Notes: generated from the sequence alone by a model not told the origin. Shown: positions 30,227 to 40,314, numbered from the stretch's first letter. The stretch: DNA of 64,000 nt from an uncultured Pseudomonadales bacterium (GCA_964457085.1 CAYWDM010000004.1:8131-72130), one strand, 5' to 3'. A program made the numbers and translations.

Positions 30227-31306
30227 TTAATCAGATTGATCAGCCAGCCAATGTTCAACATCCAAAGCCGCCTGACATCCCATCGCTGCTGCCGTCACAG
30301 CCTGCTTATAGCGAACGTCAACCACATCTCCAGCTGCGAATACCCCTTGGATATTGGTCATGGTTGGAAATGAGACTAACTTCTTTTCATCCAATGCTTT
30401 TTGTGCCGCTTCAATACCCGGTTGAGACAAACTTAATCTGGTGACAATATATCCATGAGCATCAAGTTGTAATTGTCCTCCAAATAGAGCGGTGACGGGA
30501 CTATGACCTACCGCCAGAAACAGACCATCTGCGTCTAATTCTGAAACTTTGGCCACGCCATCATTAGTTGTGGTCACTGTAATCTTCTCCAATCGATCTT
30601 TGCCGACAATGCCGGTTACTTGGCTGTTCCACAACACCTTAATTCGAGGATTCTTTAGCACACGATCCTGCATAATTTTACTTGCTTTAAAGCTTTCACG
30701 GCGATGAATCATAGTCACTTGGTCAGTAAATTTAGCTAGTGCCATAGCATCTTCCATAGCACTATCGCCACCGCCCACCACGTAGACTTTTTTGTTTCTG
30801 AAAAAAGCTGCATCACAAACTGCACAGGTGCTCAGACCTTTGCCCAAAAGCTGCATCTCCTCTGGCAAACCCAGCATTATTGATGATGCACCAGTGGTCA
30901 CTATCACACTCTCAGCTAAAACATCTGGCTCTGATTTTTTAGCAGTCTGCGCGATTACTGCTAATTCCGCTGCGTTTGCTCGTTTGAATTGATCGGGAGT
31001 AACTCCTGCGGGCAACTTAGTCCACAATTTGAATGGCCGAACTGATAAATCGAGTGCGACTACGCTCTCATCTTGAATTAAAGCCCCAAACCGACTTGCC
31101 TGTGCTCTCATCCCAAACATAAATTTAGGACCGATAACACCTTCTGGAAATCCGGGAAAATTCTCCAATTCAGTGGTGTACATTAACTGGCCACCACTTT
31201 CCATACCAGTGATTACAACTGGTGCCAACTCAGCTCTCGCCGCGTAGATGGCTGCAGTGTATCCAGCTGGTCCGGATCCAACAATTACGAGTCGTGTTTT
31301 TTGCAT
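30227..31306 (-). CDS. trxB: Thioredoxin reductase
   Basis: GSGPAG, CAVCD, GGGDSA, HRR, FAAGD; two extra insertions. Confidence 0.92.
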   Translation of the reverse strand: MQKTRLVIVGSGPAGYTAAIYAARAELAPVVITGMESGGQLMYTTELENFPGFPEGVIGPKFMFGMRAQASRFGALIQDESVVALDLSVRPFKLWTKLPAGVTPDQFKRANAAELAVIAQTAKKSEPDVLAESVIVTTGASSIMLGLPEEMQLLGKGLSTCAVCDAAFFRNKKVYVVGGGDSAMEDAMALAKFTDQVTMIHRRESFKASKIMQDRVLKNPRIKVLWNSQVTGIVGKDRLEKITVTTTNDGVAKVSELDADGLFLAVGHSPVTALFGGQLQLDAHGYIVTRLSLSQPGIEAAQKALDEKKLVSFPTMTNIQGVFAAGDVVDVRYKQAVTAAAMGCQAALDVEHWLADQSD

Positions 31307-31339
31307 TAAAACCTTCTTCTATTATTTATTTTTTTGCTG

Positions 31340-31699
31340 TTATTTTTTTGGTTCAAGTGCACCAGCGATCATTGAGCGATAGCCCTCTTCACCTGGAAAA
31401 CCAACTTGACGAGCAATTACTTCAACCTCATCATCTCCAGTTTTGCGGACAATAATCACAGTGGGAATACTCATCACCCCAAATTGTTGGGCCGATTCTT
31501 GATTTTCATCAACGTCAACTTTGGCAATCATGATTTTTCCGGTGAATTCATCTGCTAGTTTATCGATGATGGGAGCTGCCATTTGGCAGGGTCCACACCA
31601 CTGTGCAAAAAAATCAATCATGATTGGTTGATCACTCTTCTTCAAGGTACTGGTGAGCGTAGCATCGGTTAAATGGGTGGCTCCTTTATGGTCTGACAT
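31340..31699 (-). CDS. trxA: Thioredoxin
   Basis: WCGPC active site, SIPT. Confidence 0.95.
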   Translation of the reverse strand: MSDHKGATHLTDATLTSTLKKSDQPIMIDFFAQWCGPCQMAAPIIDKLADEFTGKIMIAKVDVDENQESAQQFGVMSIPTVIIVRKTGDDEVEVIARQVGFPGEEGYRSMIAGALEPKK

Positions 31700-31738
31700 A
31701 CAATCCTTTCCTGAATTGTGTTTATAACAATTTTTGTA

Positions 31739-31993
31739 CTATGTTTTTAATAATTCTTTTAATAATAAGTCGAGATCTTCAAATCTTCGCTGCTTACTAC
31801 ATCGAGTCGCCTCACTAGTGAGTAAATCTCTGGCAACTCTACCCAGCGAATTACGAGCTGCAATTACTTGACGAAAAATATCAATACACGCTCTTTCATC
31901 ATCATACATCTTAATCAAACCATCCAACTGACCCCTAATTCTTTTCAGCTGAATTATCACTTTATCAGGTTTTTGCACAGAGGCTTCATTCAT
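31739..31993 (-). CDS. CsoR/RcnR-family repressor lacking the conserved His
   Basis: LKRIRGQLDGL...CIDIFRQVIAA...EATRC. Start at 31993 lies 7 nt after TATGCT. Confidence 0.85.
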   Translation of the reverse strand: MNEASVQKPDKVIIQLKRIRGQLDGLIKMYDDERACIDIFRQVIAARNSLGRVARDLLTSEATRCSKQRRFEDLDLLLKELLKT

Positions 31994-32000
31994 GAATACT

Positions 32001-32030
32001 AGCATACCCCCTGGGGGTATGTCGTGTCAA
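32001..32030 (-). promoter_or_regulatory. Promoter with overlapping CsoR-type operator
   Basis: TTGACA-18nt-TATGCT on the minus strand. Perfect palindrome CATACCCCC-T-GGGGGTATG (32003-21) has the C/G tracts typical of CsoR/RcnR operators. Confidence 0.8.
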
Positions 32031-32058
32031 GCTATAAAAACACAAAAATAGAACACCA

Positions 32059-33876
32059 TCAAATTTTAGATTTGGTCTGCAACAGCACTATTTTCTGCAG
32101 TAACTGAGTCATCTCCAATTCCTCTTCGTCTGTTTTTTGGGCCTTTGAATCCAACTGTTTGATTCTTTGATTCAACACACCCAATTCTCCCTGTGTGACC
32201 ACTTTTTTCAATTCTCCAAACAGTAGCTGCCATTGATTCTCGTTCATTACATCCATCTGACTATTTGGATCAAGTATCCAGTCAAAGACCAATGAAACTA
32301 AATCACTTGGCCAAGATTTGGTGATGATTTTTAAATCCAAATCTGATGACACAGTTGCCAACCGCTTTAGAATTTCTTGTGCCCCAACTGTTTCCAAAAC
32401 GACGGATCGCAGTTGTACCACTCTATTTTGACGAAATTCACTATTTGCCAGACATGCAGCCACCAACGCACGTTCCAACTGAGAACGATGTGATTCTCGG
32501 TTTACATCTGTCTTCTGAGGTTGGGTGTTTTGGGTAGTTCCGGATGGAATTGCGGGAGCGGCATTTTTTTGTTTATTGCCGGATCCATATCTAAATTTCT
32601 CGATGTCTTTTTTGACCAAATCTAATCGTACGTTTAATGCACTTGATAATTTTTGCAGATAAAAATCTTGTTCGACTGCGTGTGCGATTCCACCAAAAAC
32701 AGGTGACAAAAAATCAATAATTTGACGCTTACCCTCTGGCGTTGTTGGATCATATTTACGTAACGCCGCTTGCAACAAAAATTCATATACTGAAACAGTT
32801 TTTGATGACAGCTCACGCCATAGTTTTGGAGTTTCTCGAGCAATCTCATCCGGATCTTTTTGACCAGTCCGTTCTTTAGCTGCAAAATCAATGACTCGAA
32901 GTTCTAAGTTATGTTTAGCGACAACTCCGATTGCTTTCAAAGTAGCATTAATACCTGCCTCATCGGCATCCAAAGCTAAAACAACCTGTTCTGCATATCG
33001 CTCTAACAGTTTTGCCTGTTGCTCGGTTAAAGCCGAACCTTTAATTGCGACTACAGCGTTCACATGAGCCTGAGCAGATGATATGACATCAAACTCACCT
33101 TCAACAACCAAAACCCGCTTCTCTTGTTTGATCGCCTGGAATAGCTCGCTCAAACCAAAAAGCATTTCTGATTTGTGATACAGCATTGTCTCTGGGGAAT
33201 TAATATATTTTGCTTCTTTTTCATCTGGACTCAGAGTACGTCCAGAAAATCCTAGTACCTGCCCACGATGGTTTTTGAGTGGAAACATGACTCGATCTCT
33301 AAAACGATCGTAATATCTGCCACCCTTACCTTGAATTGCTAAACCCGCTTTTTCAATATCCACCAAAGAGTATTTTTTCTTGCCATGCAGATATTTCACT
33401 AATCCATCCCAGCCAGGCATCGCATAACCCACTTGAAAAATCTTGACTGATTGCCCAGAAACATGTCTTTGTTTGAGGTATGCTCGAGCCTTTTCTCCTG
33501 CACTGTGCTCAGTCAATAAATAGTGAAAGTATTCCTTAGATAAATTTAAAATCTCCAGTAATCGATCTCTTTCATCATCTGCACTGCTGCGTTGAAAATC
33601 TTGGAGTGTTATCCCAACTCGCTCTGCAAGATACTTGAGTGCTTCAGCAAAGGTCATCCGGTCATACTCTTCCAAAAAACCGATCACATCGCCACTAGCA
33701 CCGCAACCAAAGCAACGATATCGCTGTAGTTGTTCACTCACAAAAAACGAGGGACTTTTTTCACTATGAAACGGGCAATTTGCCCTAAAGTTAACACCAG
33801 ACCGAGTGAGTGGCACTCGTTCTGTAATAATCTCGATGATATTGGTGGCCTCTTTGACCTGTTGAATCTGAGACAT
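32059..33876 (-). CDS. dnaG: DNA primase
   Basis: CPFH...CFGC zinc finger, KYINSPET, VEGEFD, Toprim DADEAG, KDPD. Confidence 0.95.
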   Translation of the reverse strand: MSQIQQVKEATNIIEIITERVPLTRSGVNFRANCPFHSEKSPSFFVSEQLQRYRCFGCGASGDVIGFLEEYDRMTFAEALKYLAERVGITLQDFQRSSADDERDRLLEILNLSKEYFHYLLTEHSAGEKARAYLKQRHVSGQSVKIFQVGYAMPGWDGLVKYLHGKKKYSLVDIEKAGLAIQGKGGRYYDRFRDRVMFPLKNHRGQVLGFSGRTLSPDEKEAKYINSPETMLYHKSEMLFGLSELFQAIKQEKRVLVVEGEFDVISSAQAHVNAVVAIKGSALTEQQAKLLERYAEQVVLALDADEAGINATLKAIGVVAKHNLELRVIDFAAKERTGQKDPDEIARETPKLWRELSSKTVSVYEFLLQAALRKYDPTTPEGKRQIIDFLSPVFGGIAHAVEQDFYLQKLSSALNVRLDLVKKDIEKFRYGSGNKQKNAAPAIPSGTTQNTQPQKTDVNRESHRSQLERALVAACLANSEFRQNRVVQLRSVVLETVGAQEILKRLATVSSDLDLKIITKSWPSDLVSLVFDWILDPNSQMDVMNENQWQLLFGELKKVVTQGELGVLNQRIKQLDSKAQKTDEEELEMTQLLQKIVLLQTKSKI

Positions 33877-34030
33877 GAAAGCTTAAAAATAACTTGTTGC
33901 TACATGAGGCAGAAAAATGGTTCTATAAGTTGTGCCCACTTTGCGACAAGACTGATTCTCATCTTGTTTCTACCATACACTAACGTTTAAAAAATGCAAA
34001 CATTCCCCAAAGTTTTGAGTTGTAGTTCGC

Positions 34031-35128
34031 CTAGAAAGTCTTTGAAACAATACGGACATTGTTCCCAGAGTTCGTTTCTGGAATTGCCTTGTCGCTGTTG
34101 ACCTCGATTTTGAATTCAGTTGTGCCTGCTGCCAAAGTCATTTGATAGCCATCGGCAGTCACTTTACTTTCGCCAACACCCACCCAAGTCTTTGAGACGC
34201 TCTTTTTTACCTCAGTACCACCAATGTACCATTTCACTTCGTAATCCACCTGTTTATCTTGACCCAAATTTTTAATTACAGGTTTTACGACCACTTTCTG
34301 TCCAGCAAGGGGTAAAGCAATTTTTTCACCGGTTTCTTGACTATAAAACTCGATGTCCGCTGCTTCTAGATCTGAACGAGTTCCTAAAACCGTTGTATTT
34401 TTTGTTTTTGAATTATCAGCACTGTTTGACTCGCCCAAGACATTGTCTGGGTCAGCAAAATAACCAACTGCAAAATCTCCCTCCTTGAGTACCACACCAC
34501 TATAAACCAGACTATTTACATCGTCATATACAGCTTCGGCAGCTGCTTTGAGCGAACCGCGTTCATTCTTTCCAGCCAAACTACCTTGAATTTTCCAGTA
34601 ACTCACAAAGTTTTTTGCATCGGCAGTGCCGGTATTTTTTAACCGAGCTCGAAGTGAGATATGTTGACCAGCGTATGCGGTTGAGTCAATTTTAGATCCA
34701 TTTTGAGGATCTTCAAAGAAAATCTCTTCTACATTCAGGTTTGACAGCCCAGTCGCTTTAGGTGTGGGAGAAATAGCTGCGGTAGGAGTAGGTCCAAAAG
34801 TTGGACTAGGCACTCTGGTTGGTGAAGGAAATGGAGTGCTGGTAGCCACGGGCTTTGTGGTCGGTTCTTTTAGTAAGGTGCGAGTAGGTTCAGCAACTGC
34901 TATTTTCGGGTCTGTTTTTGGTGAATCTGAAGCATCGCGAGTCATCAAAAATAATCCCAGAGGTATTGCAAGCATCACCACAACAACACCTATCATCATC
35001 CATGGCGGAGTTTGAGTTGATTTCGGTCGTGACATAATAACTGCTTTTTCCAATAGCTCATCACCTGAAATGTCAGGAAGTTGACGTGGTAATTGTGTAG
35101 GTAACTGATTTGGGAATTGGTCTGACAT
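34031..35128 (-). CDS. Surface protein: TM, Pro/Thr-rich linker, two CARDB (Ig-like) domains
   Basis: LKNTG...ADPDNVLGESNSADN and IKNLG...IPETNSGNN CARDB signatures. Confidence 0.75.
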   Translation of the reverse strand: MSDQFPNQLPTQLPRQLPDISGDELLEKAVIMSRPKSTQTPPWMMIGVVVVMLAIPLGLFLMTRDASDSPKTDPKIAVAEPTRTLLKEPTTKPVATSTPFPSPTRVPSPTFGPTPTAAISPTPKATGLSNLNVEEIFFEDPQNGSKIDSTAYAGQHISLRARLKNTGTADAKNFVSYWKIQGSLAGKNERGSLKAAAEAVYDDVNSLVYSGVVLKEGDFAVGYFADPDNVLGESNSADNSKTKNTTVLGTRSDLEAADIEFYSQETGEKIALPLAGQKVVVKPVIKNLGQDKQVDYEVKWYIGGTEVKKSVSKTWVGVGESKVTADGYQMTLAAGTTEFKIEVNSDKAIPETNSGNNVRIVSKTF

Positions 35129-35180
35129 ACTATACCAATAGTATCACACCAAATCGATTGATCACATCTGGATATGTCAG

Positions 35181-35507
35181 TTATTGTTCTAAACTAATTG
35201 GTTGACTCAAATCCAACTCAAGTGTCTCTAAATCTGACTGCATTACCAACATTTCTTTATTCAGGTTGTTCTCTGAAATACGAGTAGGCACATAATACCC
35301 ACCTCCCAGTACTAGAAAAAATAAGATAACTGAAAAGATCGCTGTTCTAATCGGAGTTCCAAAAAACCATGTCAAATCTCGTAAAAAAATCTCTAAAATA
35401 TTCGGTCGTGCTGCCTCAGCCACTGATTCCCAAACCCGACGCTTGGCTACAGCCATGTGTGGAGGCTCTATCTGACTGATAATCCAATTTTGCAAAATCA
35501 TATTCAT
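35181..35507 (-). CDS. Single-TM protein downstream of ECF sigma (candidate anti-sigma)
   Basis: 108 aa with one TM helix; function inferred from position only. Confidence 0.55.
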   Translation of the reverse strand: MNMILQNWIISQIEPPHMAVAKRRVWESVAEAARPNILEIFLRDLTWFFGTPIRTAIFSVILFFLVLGGGYYVPTRISENNLNKEMLVMQSDLETLELDLSQPISLEQ

Positions 35508-35543
35508 GTATATAGTAGCAACCTAGTTACAAGTAACACTAAA

Positions 35544-36101
35544 TTATTTTTTAAAATATTTTGAGAGTACTTTGAGTGATCGATGACAGATTACTTTTAC
35601 ATTGCTAATGGTAATTCGAAGTTTTTTTGCGACCTCAACTTGAGAGTACCCATGCAGATAGTGCAAAGCAACCACCTGTCTGTCACGATCGGAAAGTACT
35701 TGAAGCATTTTCCCAATGCTCTGACGTTTCAGTTCCTGATTATCCTCTGACAACCATTCATCGCTATCGCCTATACCTTGGATAAACTCATCATAAGCAA
35801 CCACCGGTAGTCGATATTTAACCCTCAGCCAAGCAATGATTCTTCGTTTGGCAAGTACATACAGCCAATTCCGGAAACTTGATTTACCCGTAAAGGTATG
35901 TAGGGATCCCATCATGGCCACTAGTATGTCTTGAGTCAGATCCTCAGCATCTAGTGAGCGGTTGGTTTGCCAATAACAAAAACGATAGATGGGTTCGAAA
36001 TACTTTTCGTACAAGACTGCGAGTGCTTGTTGATTACCTTTTTTAACTAACTCAACCAACTCAATGTCGTTGTCAATTTGTTGAGATTCTATTTTCTTCA
36101 T
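35544..36101 (-). CDS. ECF RNA polymerase sigma factor
   Basis: LYEKY...DAEDLTQD...FRNWLY region 2; LSDRDRQV...SQVEVAKKL...VK region 4. Confidence 0.9.
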   Translation of the reverse strand: MKKIESQQIDNDIELVELVKKGNQQALAVLYEKYFEPIYRFCYWQTNRSLDAEDLTQDILVAMMGSLHTFTGKSSFRNWLYVLAKRRIIAWLRVKYRLPVVAYDEFIQGIGDSDEWLSEDNQELKRQSIGKMLQVLSDRDRQVVALHYLHGYSQVEVAKKLRITISNVKVICHRSLKVLSKYFKK

Positions 36102-36109
36102 TAAGTGTG

Positions 36110-37648
36110 TTAAGGCGACCGTAATTCTTGCTGTATTTGACTATAAAGATACTCTGCAATTAGTCGATGGCCGAAACTAGTGGGATGAACAAAATCCCAC
36201 CATAAGATGCCCTGATCATACTGGGTGGCAAGATGACTGTGCATGTCAATTACTTTTAAATTGTGTTTTTTAGCAATTTCCTTCATCACTTGGTGGTTCT
36301 CGACGACGCTGCGATACTCAATCGAGTTTGCTTCAAGAACCAGTATGACTTCTACTCCATCTTTTTCGGTTATGGTCAGCAATCTTTCTAGTTGGACTGC
36401 TAATCCAGCCGAACTAAAATCGTTTGTTGAGTAATTTACTAAGAGCAATTTTGGCTTAAACAGTCGCCACTCAGACTCATACAAACTCACCAACTCAACC
36501 GAGTCAATTCCTGATACTGCAGCAGGAATAAATTCAAATTTTCGAAATCTGTTGCCTAACTTCTTGTTTGCAATTAGTTCAAGTTGCGTCACGAAGGCAT
36601 CCTCGGGATGCAGTACTCCAGCACCCCAAGCTTGTGAGGATCCCAGACACATCACTCTAAATATGTTTGCTTTTGGTTTTAAAGTATATTTGCCGCGAAG
36701 TTGGTCAACAATTTTCATACTCTCACTCTCAACAAAAACTTGTTCCTTTTTTCCCCAGTTTGAAAACCAGCTATACACATCCGGATATCTGGGTGTTAAG
36801 TAGTGATCAACAACCGCAACTGAAAGTCCACATATAAAAATCATAAAAAACAGCAAGAACATTTTCTTTGCGATTTGCTGCGGATCTAACTGTAAAAATC
36901 CTGTCCCAAAGCTCAACACCAACAATGTAATTGCTACAGTAATCAGCACAGTCTTCGTGAACAATTGTTTCCAAGTTTTTTGATTGTCAAATGTCTCAAG
37001 GAGAATTGTTTCTCCACTCCAATCTTTAGCTCGAATCTCATCAATTTTTACGGGCAACCAGCCATTTCTAAATCCAATTATTCTTGGTTCAGATTGCACC
37101 TCAATATCGAGGTGATAGAGATACACCTCATTCAATTGCACCAATAGCTCATTACGATCTGAAGAAAGTGCCAATGTCAGATGATTGTTTTTTTGCTTGA
37201 GCACTGTAACAGGCACTGTTTGCTGGCTTATGAACTCACCCTCCGGCGAAATCCGCACCAGTGAGCTCCTTAAATGAGAGCTGTTACTTAACCGCAGAGC
37301 ATCACAATAGTGATCTTGGCAACTGAACAAAAAATAAATATATCCGCCCTGGTCAATATCAAATGTGATCTGCAGTGAGTTGTAGTCGATTGGAATCGTA
37401 TATCTAACCTGCTGGAAACCATGCCAAGCACCAAGATTGAGTTTTCCACCAGCGAGTGCTTGACGCTGCACATAAAAGTCTTGGCTTCCCATGACACTCA
37501 AGCCCAGATTCTGCTTTGATACTTCCCAGACACCATTTTGAGTCGAAAGAGTATTGTGTCGATCTAACCAAAACCAAACACCAGCTGCCACCACAAGCAC
37601 CTGCATTGCAGTCACAACCAACCACCACATACATAATCGCCACTTCAT
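36110..37648 (-). CDS. Membrane protein with C-terminal SGNH/GDSL hydrolase domain
   Basis: CLGSSQAWG, STND, DFVHP blocks; TM segments. Confidence 0.75.
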   Translation of the reverse strand: MKWRLCMWWLVVTAMQVLVVAAGVWFWLDRHNTLSTQNGVWEVSKQNLGLSVMGSQDFYVQRQALAGGKLNLGAWHGFQQVRYTIPIDYNSLQITFDIDQGGYIYFLFSCQDHYCDALRLSNSSHLRSSLVRISPEGEFISQQTVPVTVLKQKNNHLTLALSSDRNELLVQLNEVYLYHLDIEVQSEPRIIGFRNGWLPVKIDEIRAKDWSGETILLETFDNQKTWKQLFTKTVLITVAITLLVLSFGTGFLQLDPQQIAKKMFLLFFMIFICGLSVAVVDHYLTPRYPDVYSWFSNWGKKEQVFVESESMKIVDQLRGKYTLKPKANIFRVMCLGSSQAWGAGVLHPEDAFVTQLELIANKKLGNRFRKFEFIPAAVSGIDSVELVSLYESEWRLFKPKLLLVNYSTNDFSSAGLAVQLERLLTITEKDGVEVILVLEANSIEYRSVVENHQVMKEIAKKHNLKVIDMHSHLATQYDQGILWWDFVHPTSFGHRLIAEYLYSQIQQELRSP

Positions 37649-37698
37649 TACTCTGAAACTACACTAACTCTACCCGACTGCACAAGCATCGAACTGTA

Positions 37699-39522
37699 TC
37701 ATCTGACCGTAACTGATTTTGCAAGATTACGTGGTTTGTCTGAGTCAATACCTTTTAGTATTGAAACTTCATACGCTAATAACTGTCCAAACACTGCAGA
37801 TAGAATTACATTTCCTACGCCAAAATCTGGATGATTAAAGTATTGGCTCGGCCATGTATTTGTATCTGTTACTAGGCCAACACTATTGCCTTGGCGTGCG
37901 GATATTTCCATCGCATTTGTTAAATCAAGTGCAAAAGTCTGTTGATTTGTAGCCAAACACAAACACTCTGTTCCATTTTCTACTAATGCCAAAACACCAT
38001 GTTTCAACTCTCCAGCAGAAAAACCCTCCGCATGTACATATGCTGCCTCTTTTAGCTTCAATGCTGTTTCCAGTGCAATTGGATACAGAGTCTCTCTACC
38101 CAATACAAAAAAATGATCCTTTTTTGAAATACGTAGACACCAGGCTTTGAATTCCACAGACTTCGGTAACTCAACTACTAGTTTTTGAATATATTTTGCC
38201 GTCGCCGTTAGGTGACCGTTTGTAGCAGCGGCACTTTTTTTATTTGCCATTTTGCCTGCTAGTAGTTGCAGACAACACAGTTGTGCCACAAAACTCTTGC
38301 TAGCGACTACAGCTTGTTCAACTCCTGCCATGATTGAAACTGAGATTTTAGCAAACTCCGACAAACTAGAGTTAGGTTTATTTACCAAACAATAATAACT
38401 AATACCGTTGTTTTTAAGCCACTCTGTATGTATCAAAATATCTGCTGTTTCACCACTTTGAGAAATAAAAATCACACTCCCCTCAGCTGGTATGTGATTT
38501 CTCCATGTCAAAAACTCGTTAGCTGAAAAAGCATATGTTTGACGACCGTTAGCAGTCATAACTTGAGCACCATACAACGCAGCATGGTATGCAGAGCCAC
38601 AACCAACGAGATAAACAACAGGGCCAAGTGATCTTGCAAGTTTCTCCAGATTGTTTTTTGTATTGGAACCATACGCGTGTATTAAAGCAAGCAATACAGC
38701 CGACGAATCAGCAATTTCTTTTTGAAAAAAATGTGAATATGTGCCAATATCCGTATCTGTTTTCACTAAACTCAGTGTGTGCCATTCAAGATCAATAGGT
38801 GTTAAATCAGTGACGTTATATGTCAGCTGGGTTTTTTTTGTAAAAAATAGCAGCGTATTCTCAGGAATAGTCGCATATTTTTTAACTTTACCAATTAATG
38901 CCATCAGATCACTGACTACAAATTTTTGTTGTGCTGACTGTGCAAAAAGTAACGGTGAACCGTGACGAACAGCTAGGCAACTTTTGGACTCTGCATCAAT
39001 GATTACCACCGCGTTGCTGCCAGATAATTTCAGAAAAACGGTCTGGAGTGTTTCAATCAAAAGTTGATCAGTGTTGACTGGTAATCTCAGCTTAGATTGA
39101 TTGACTACATTTTTCCTAAACTCCAACTCAAATAATCCTAAAATAACTTCTGTATCTGTCTGTGACTTAAACAGATATTTTTTATCAAGAAGTTGCTTTT
39201 TAAGCTCAAGAAAATTCTCGACTACACCGTTGTGAACTAAGGCAAATCTGCCATCACTTGATATATGAGGATGAGCATTTTCGGCAGTTACACCGCCATG
39301 TGTTGCCCAACGAGTGTGTCCCAACGCAATTGAGCTGGTGGTGTTCTTGTCGAGTTTTGCAGCACCAATTTTACCAACCTGTTTTTTAACCTGACATTTT
39401 TCCTCGCTAGCCCAAGCCACACCCCAACTGTCGTATCCCCGGTATTCCATTTCTTTGAGTGCTGTTAATGCTTGAGTTGGAGCATTAATATTTTCTTCGA
39501 TTAATCCGATGACACCGCACAT
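37699..39522 (-). CDS. glmS: Glutamine--fructose-6-phosphate transaminase (isomerizing)
   Basis: MCGVIG, EYRGYDS, HTRWATHG, SQSGETAD, ELKHG, PRNLAKSVT. Confidence 0.96.
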   Translation of the reverse strand: MCGVIGLIEENINAPTQALTALKEMEYRGYDSWGVAWASEEKCQVKKQVGKIGAAKLDKNTTSSIALGHTRWATHGGVTAENAHPHISSDGRFALVHNGVVENFLELKKQLLDKKYLFKSQTDTEVILGLFELEFRKNVVNQSKLRLPVNTDQLLIETLQTVFLKLSGSNAVVIIDAESKSCLAVRHGSPLLFAQSAQQKFVVSDLMALIGKVKKYATIPENTLLFFTKKTQLTYNVTDLTPIDLEWHTLSLVKTDTDIGTYSHFFQKEIADSSAVLLALIHAYGSNTKNNLEKLARSLGPVVYLVGCGSAYHAALYGAQVMTANGRQTYAFSANEFLTWRNHIPAEGSVIFISQSGETADILIHTEWLKNNGISYYCLVNKPNSSLSEFAKISVSIMAGVEQAVVASKSFVAQLCCLQLLAGKMANKKSAAATNGHLTATAKYIQKLVVELPKSVEFKAWCLRISKKDHFFVLGRETLYPIALETALKLKEAAYVHAEGFSAGELKHGVLALVENGTECLCLATNQQTFALDLTNAMEISARQGNSVGLVTDTNTWPSQYFNHPDFGVGNVILSAVFGQLLAYEVSILKGIDSDKPRNLAKSVTVR

Positions 39523-39602
39523 ACTGATCCTTTCAGATACTACAATCTACCCCCTCAAAGGTAGGAGGTAAAAAAATAAATAAGAAAAGATGAAAATGCT
39601 GC

Positions 39603-39780
39603 GAGTCAAATAATAATTGCTTTAGACTCAACCTCACGGTTGGATTTAACAATTACTTCACGATGTTGATCACACCGACAGGTTTCCGCAGATACTCTTT
39701 GCTTGGCAAAGGTCCGATTTCCTAATGTCTTCATTAGGACCTGTTCCTCGTTTTCCAGTTTTCACTGGATCACACGCTCT
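39603..39780 (-). ncRNA. glmS ribozyme (GlcN6P-activated), variant with core insertions
   Basis: Upstream of glmS. Minus strand A/GCGUGUGA-UCCAG..CUGGA-AAACGAGG-AACAGGU..AUCG..UCUGCGG-AAACCUGU-CGG, P3 CGGUGU/ACAUCG, P4 GUAAUUGUU/GCAAUUAU with CAACC-GUGA-GGUUG GNRA hairpin. Confidence 0.8.
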
Positions 39781-39876
39781 AACTGTTATTTCGCAGTAAG
39801 CACATCTCTGTGAGAGATTGTACTGTAATTGTTATCGCCAAACAAATGGTCCTTAAAATCACTTGAATTTCCTTAT

Positions 39877-39903
39877 GTTTCTACTACAATATGTAGTAGA
39901 AAC
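39877..39903. promoter_or_regulatory. BlaI/MecI/CopY-type operator overlapping the repressor promoter
   Basis: Perfect 12-bp inverted repeat GTTTCTACTACA-ata-TGTAGTAGAAAC with a TACA-N3-TGTA core. Confidence 0.8.
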
Positions 39904-39905
39904 TT

Positions 39906-40262
39906 ATGAAAGAAATTAGTGACCTAGAACTGAGAGCAATGCAGGTGCTTTGGCATCATCAAACCTGCTGCGTGCACATGGTCCACGAAGCACTCTCCGT
40001 AACCAGACCTACTGCCTATACAACAGCTCAAACAATACTGGAACGACTTCATAAAAAAGACTATGTAATAAAACAACATATGGGTAAAAAATCCATATAT
40101 CAACCAAAAATATCCAAGCAACTCTACGCTACTTTTTTAATCAAAAAACTGTTCAGCCAACTGGCAACTGACTTTGATGATGTGTTATTCAAGTCGTTGG
40201 CAAAAGGACTGGAGGCTTTCACCCCTACACAAAAACAAAAGCTAGCTAAATTAATTAAATAA
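39906..40262 (+). CDS. BlaI/MecI/CopY family repressor
   Basis: ISDLELRAMQVLW...AYTTAQTILERLHKKDYV...YQPKIS. Confidence 0.88.
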   Translation: MKEISDLELRAMQVLWHHQTCCVHMVHEALSVTRPTAYTTAQTILERLHKKDYVIKQHMGKKSIYQPKISKQLYATFLIKKLFSQLATDFDDVLFKSLAKGLEAFTPTQKQKLAKLIK

Positions 40263-40277
40263 TCTCAGCTCTAATAG

Positions 40278-40306
40278 TTGATAGCTCCTACAAAACGTAG
40301 TATATT
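40278..40306 (+). promoter_or_regulatory. Promoter with degenerate second BlaI-type operator
   Basis: TTGATA-17nt-TATATT with CTACA-aaa-CGTAG (40288-300) in the spacer. Confidence 0.6.
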
Positions 40307-40314
40307 TTTGTACT

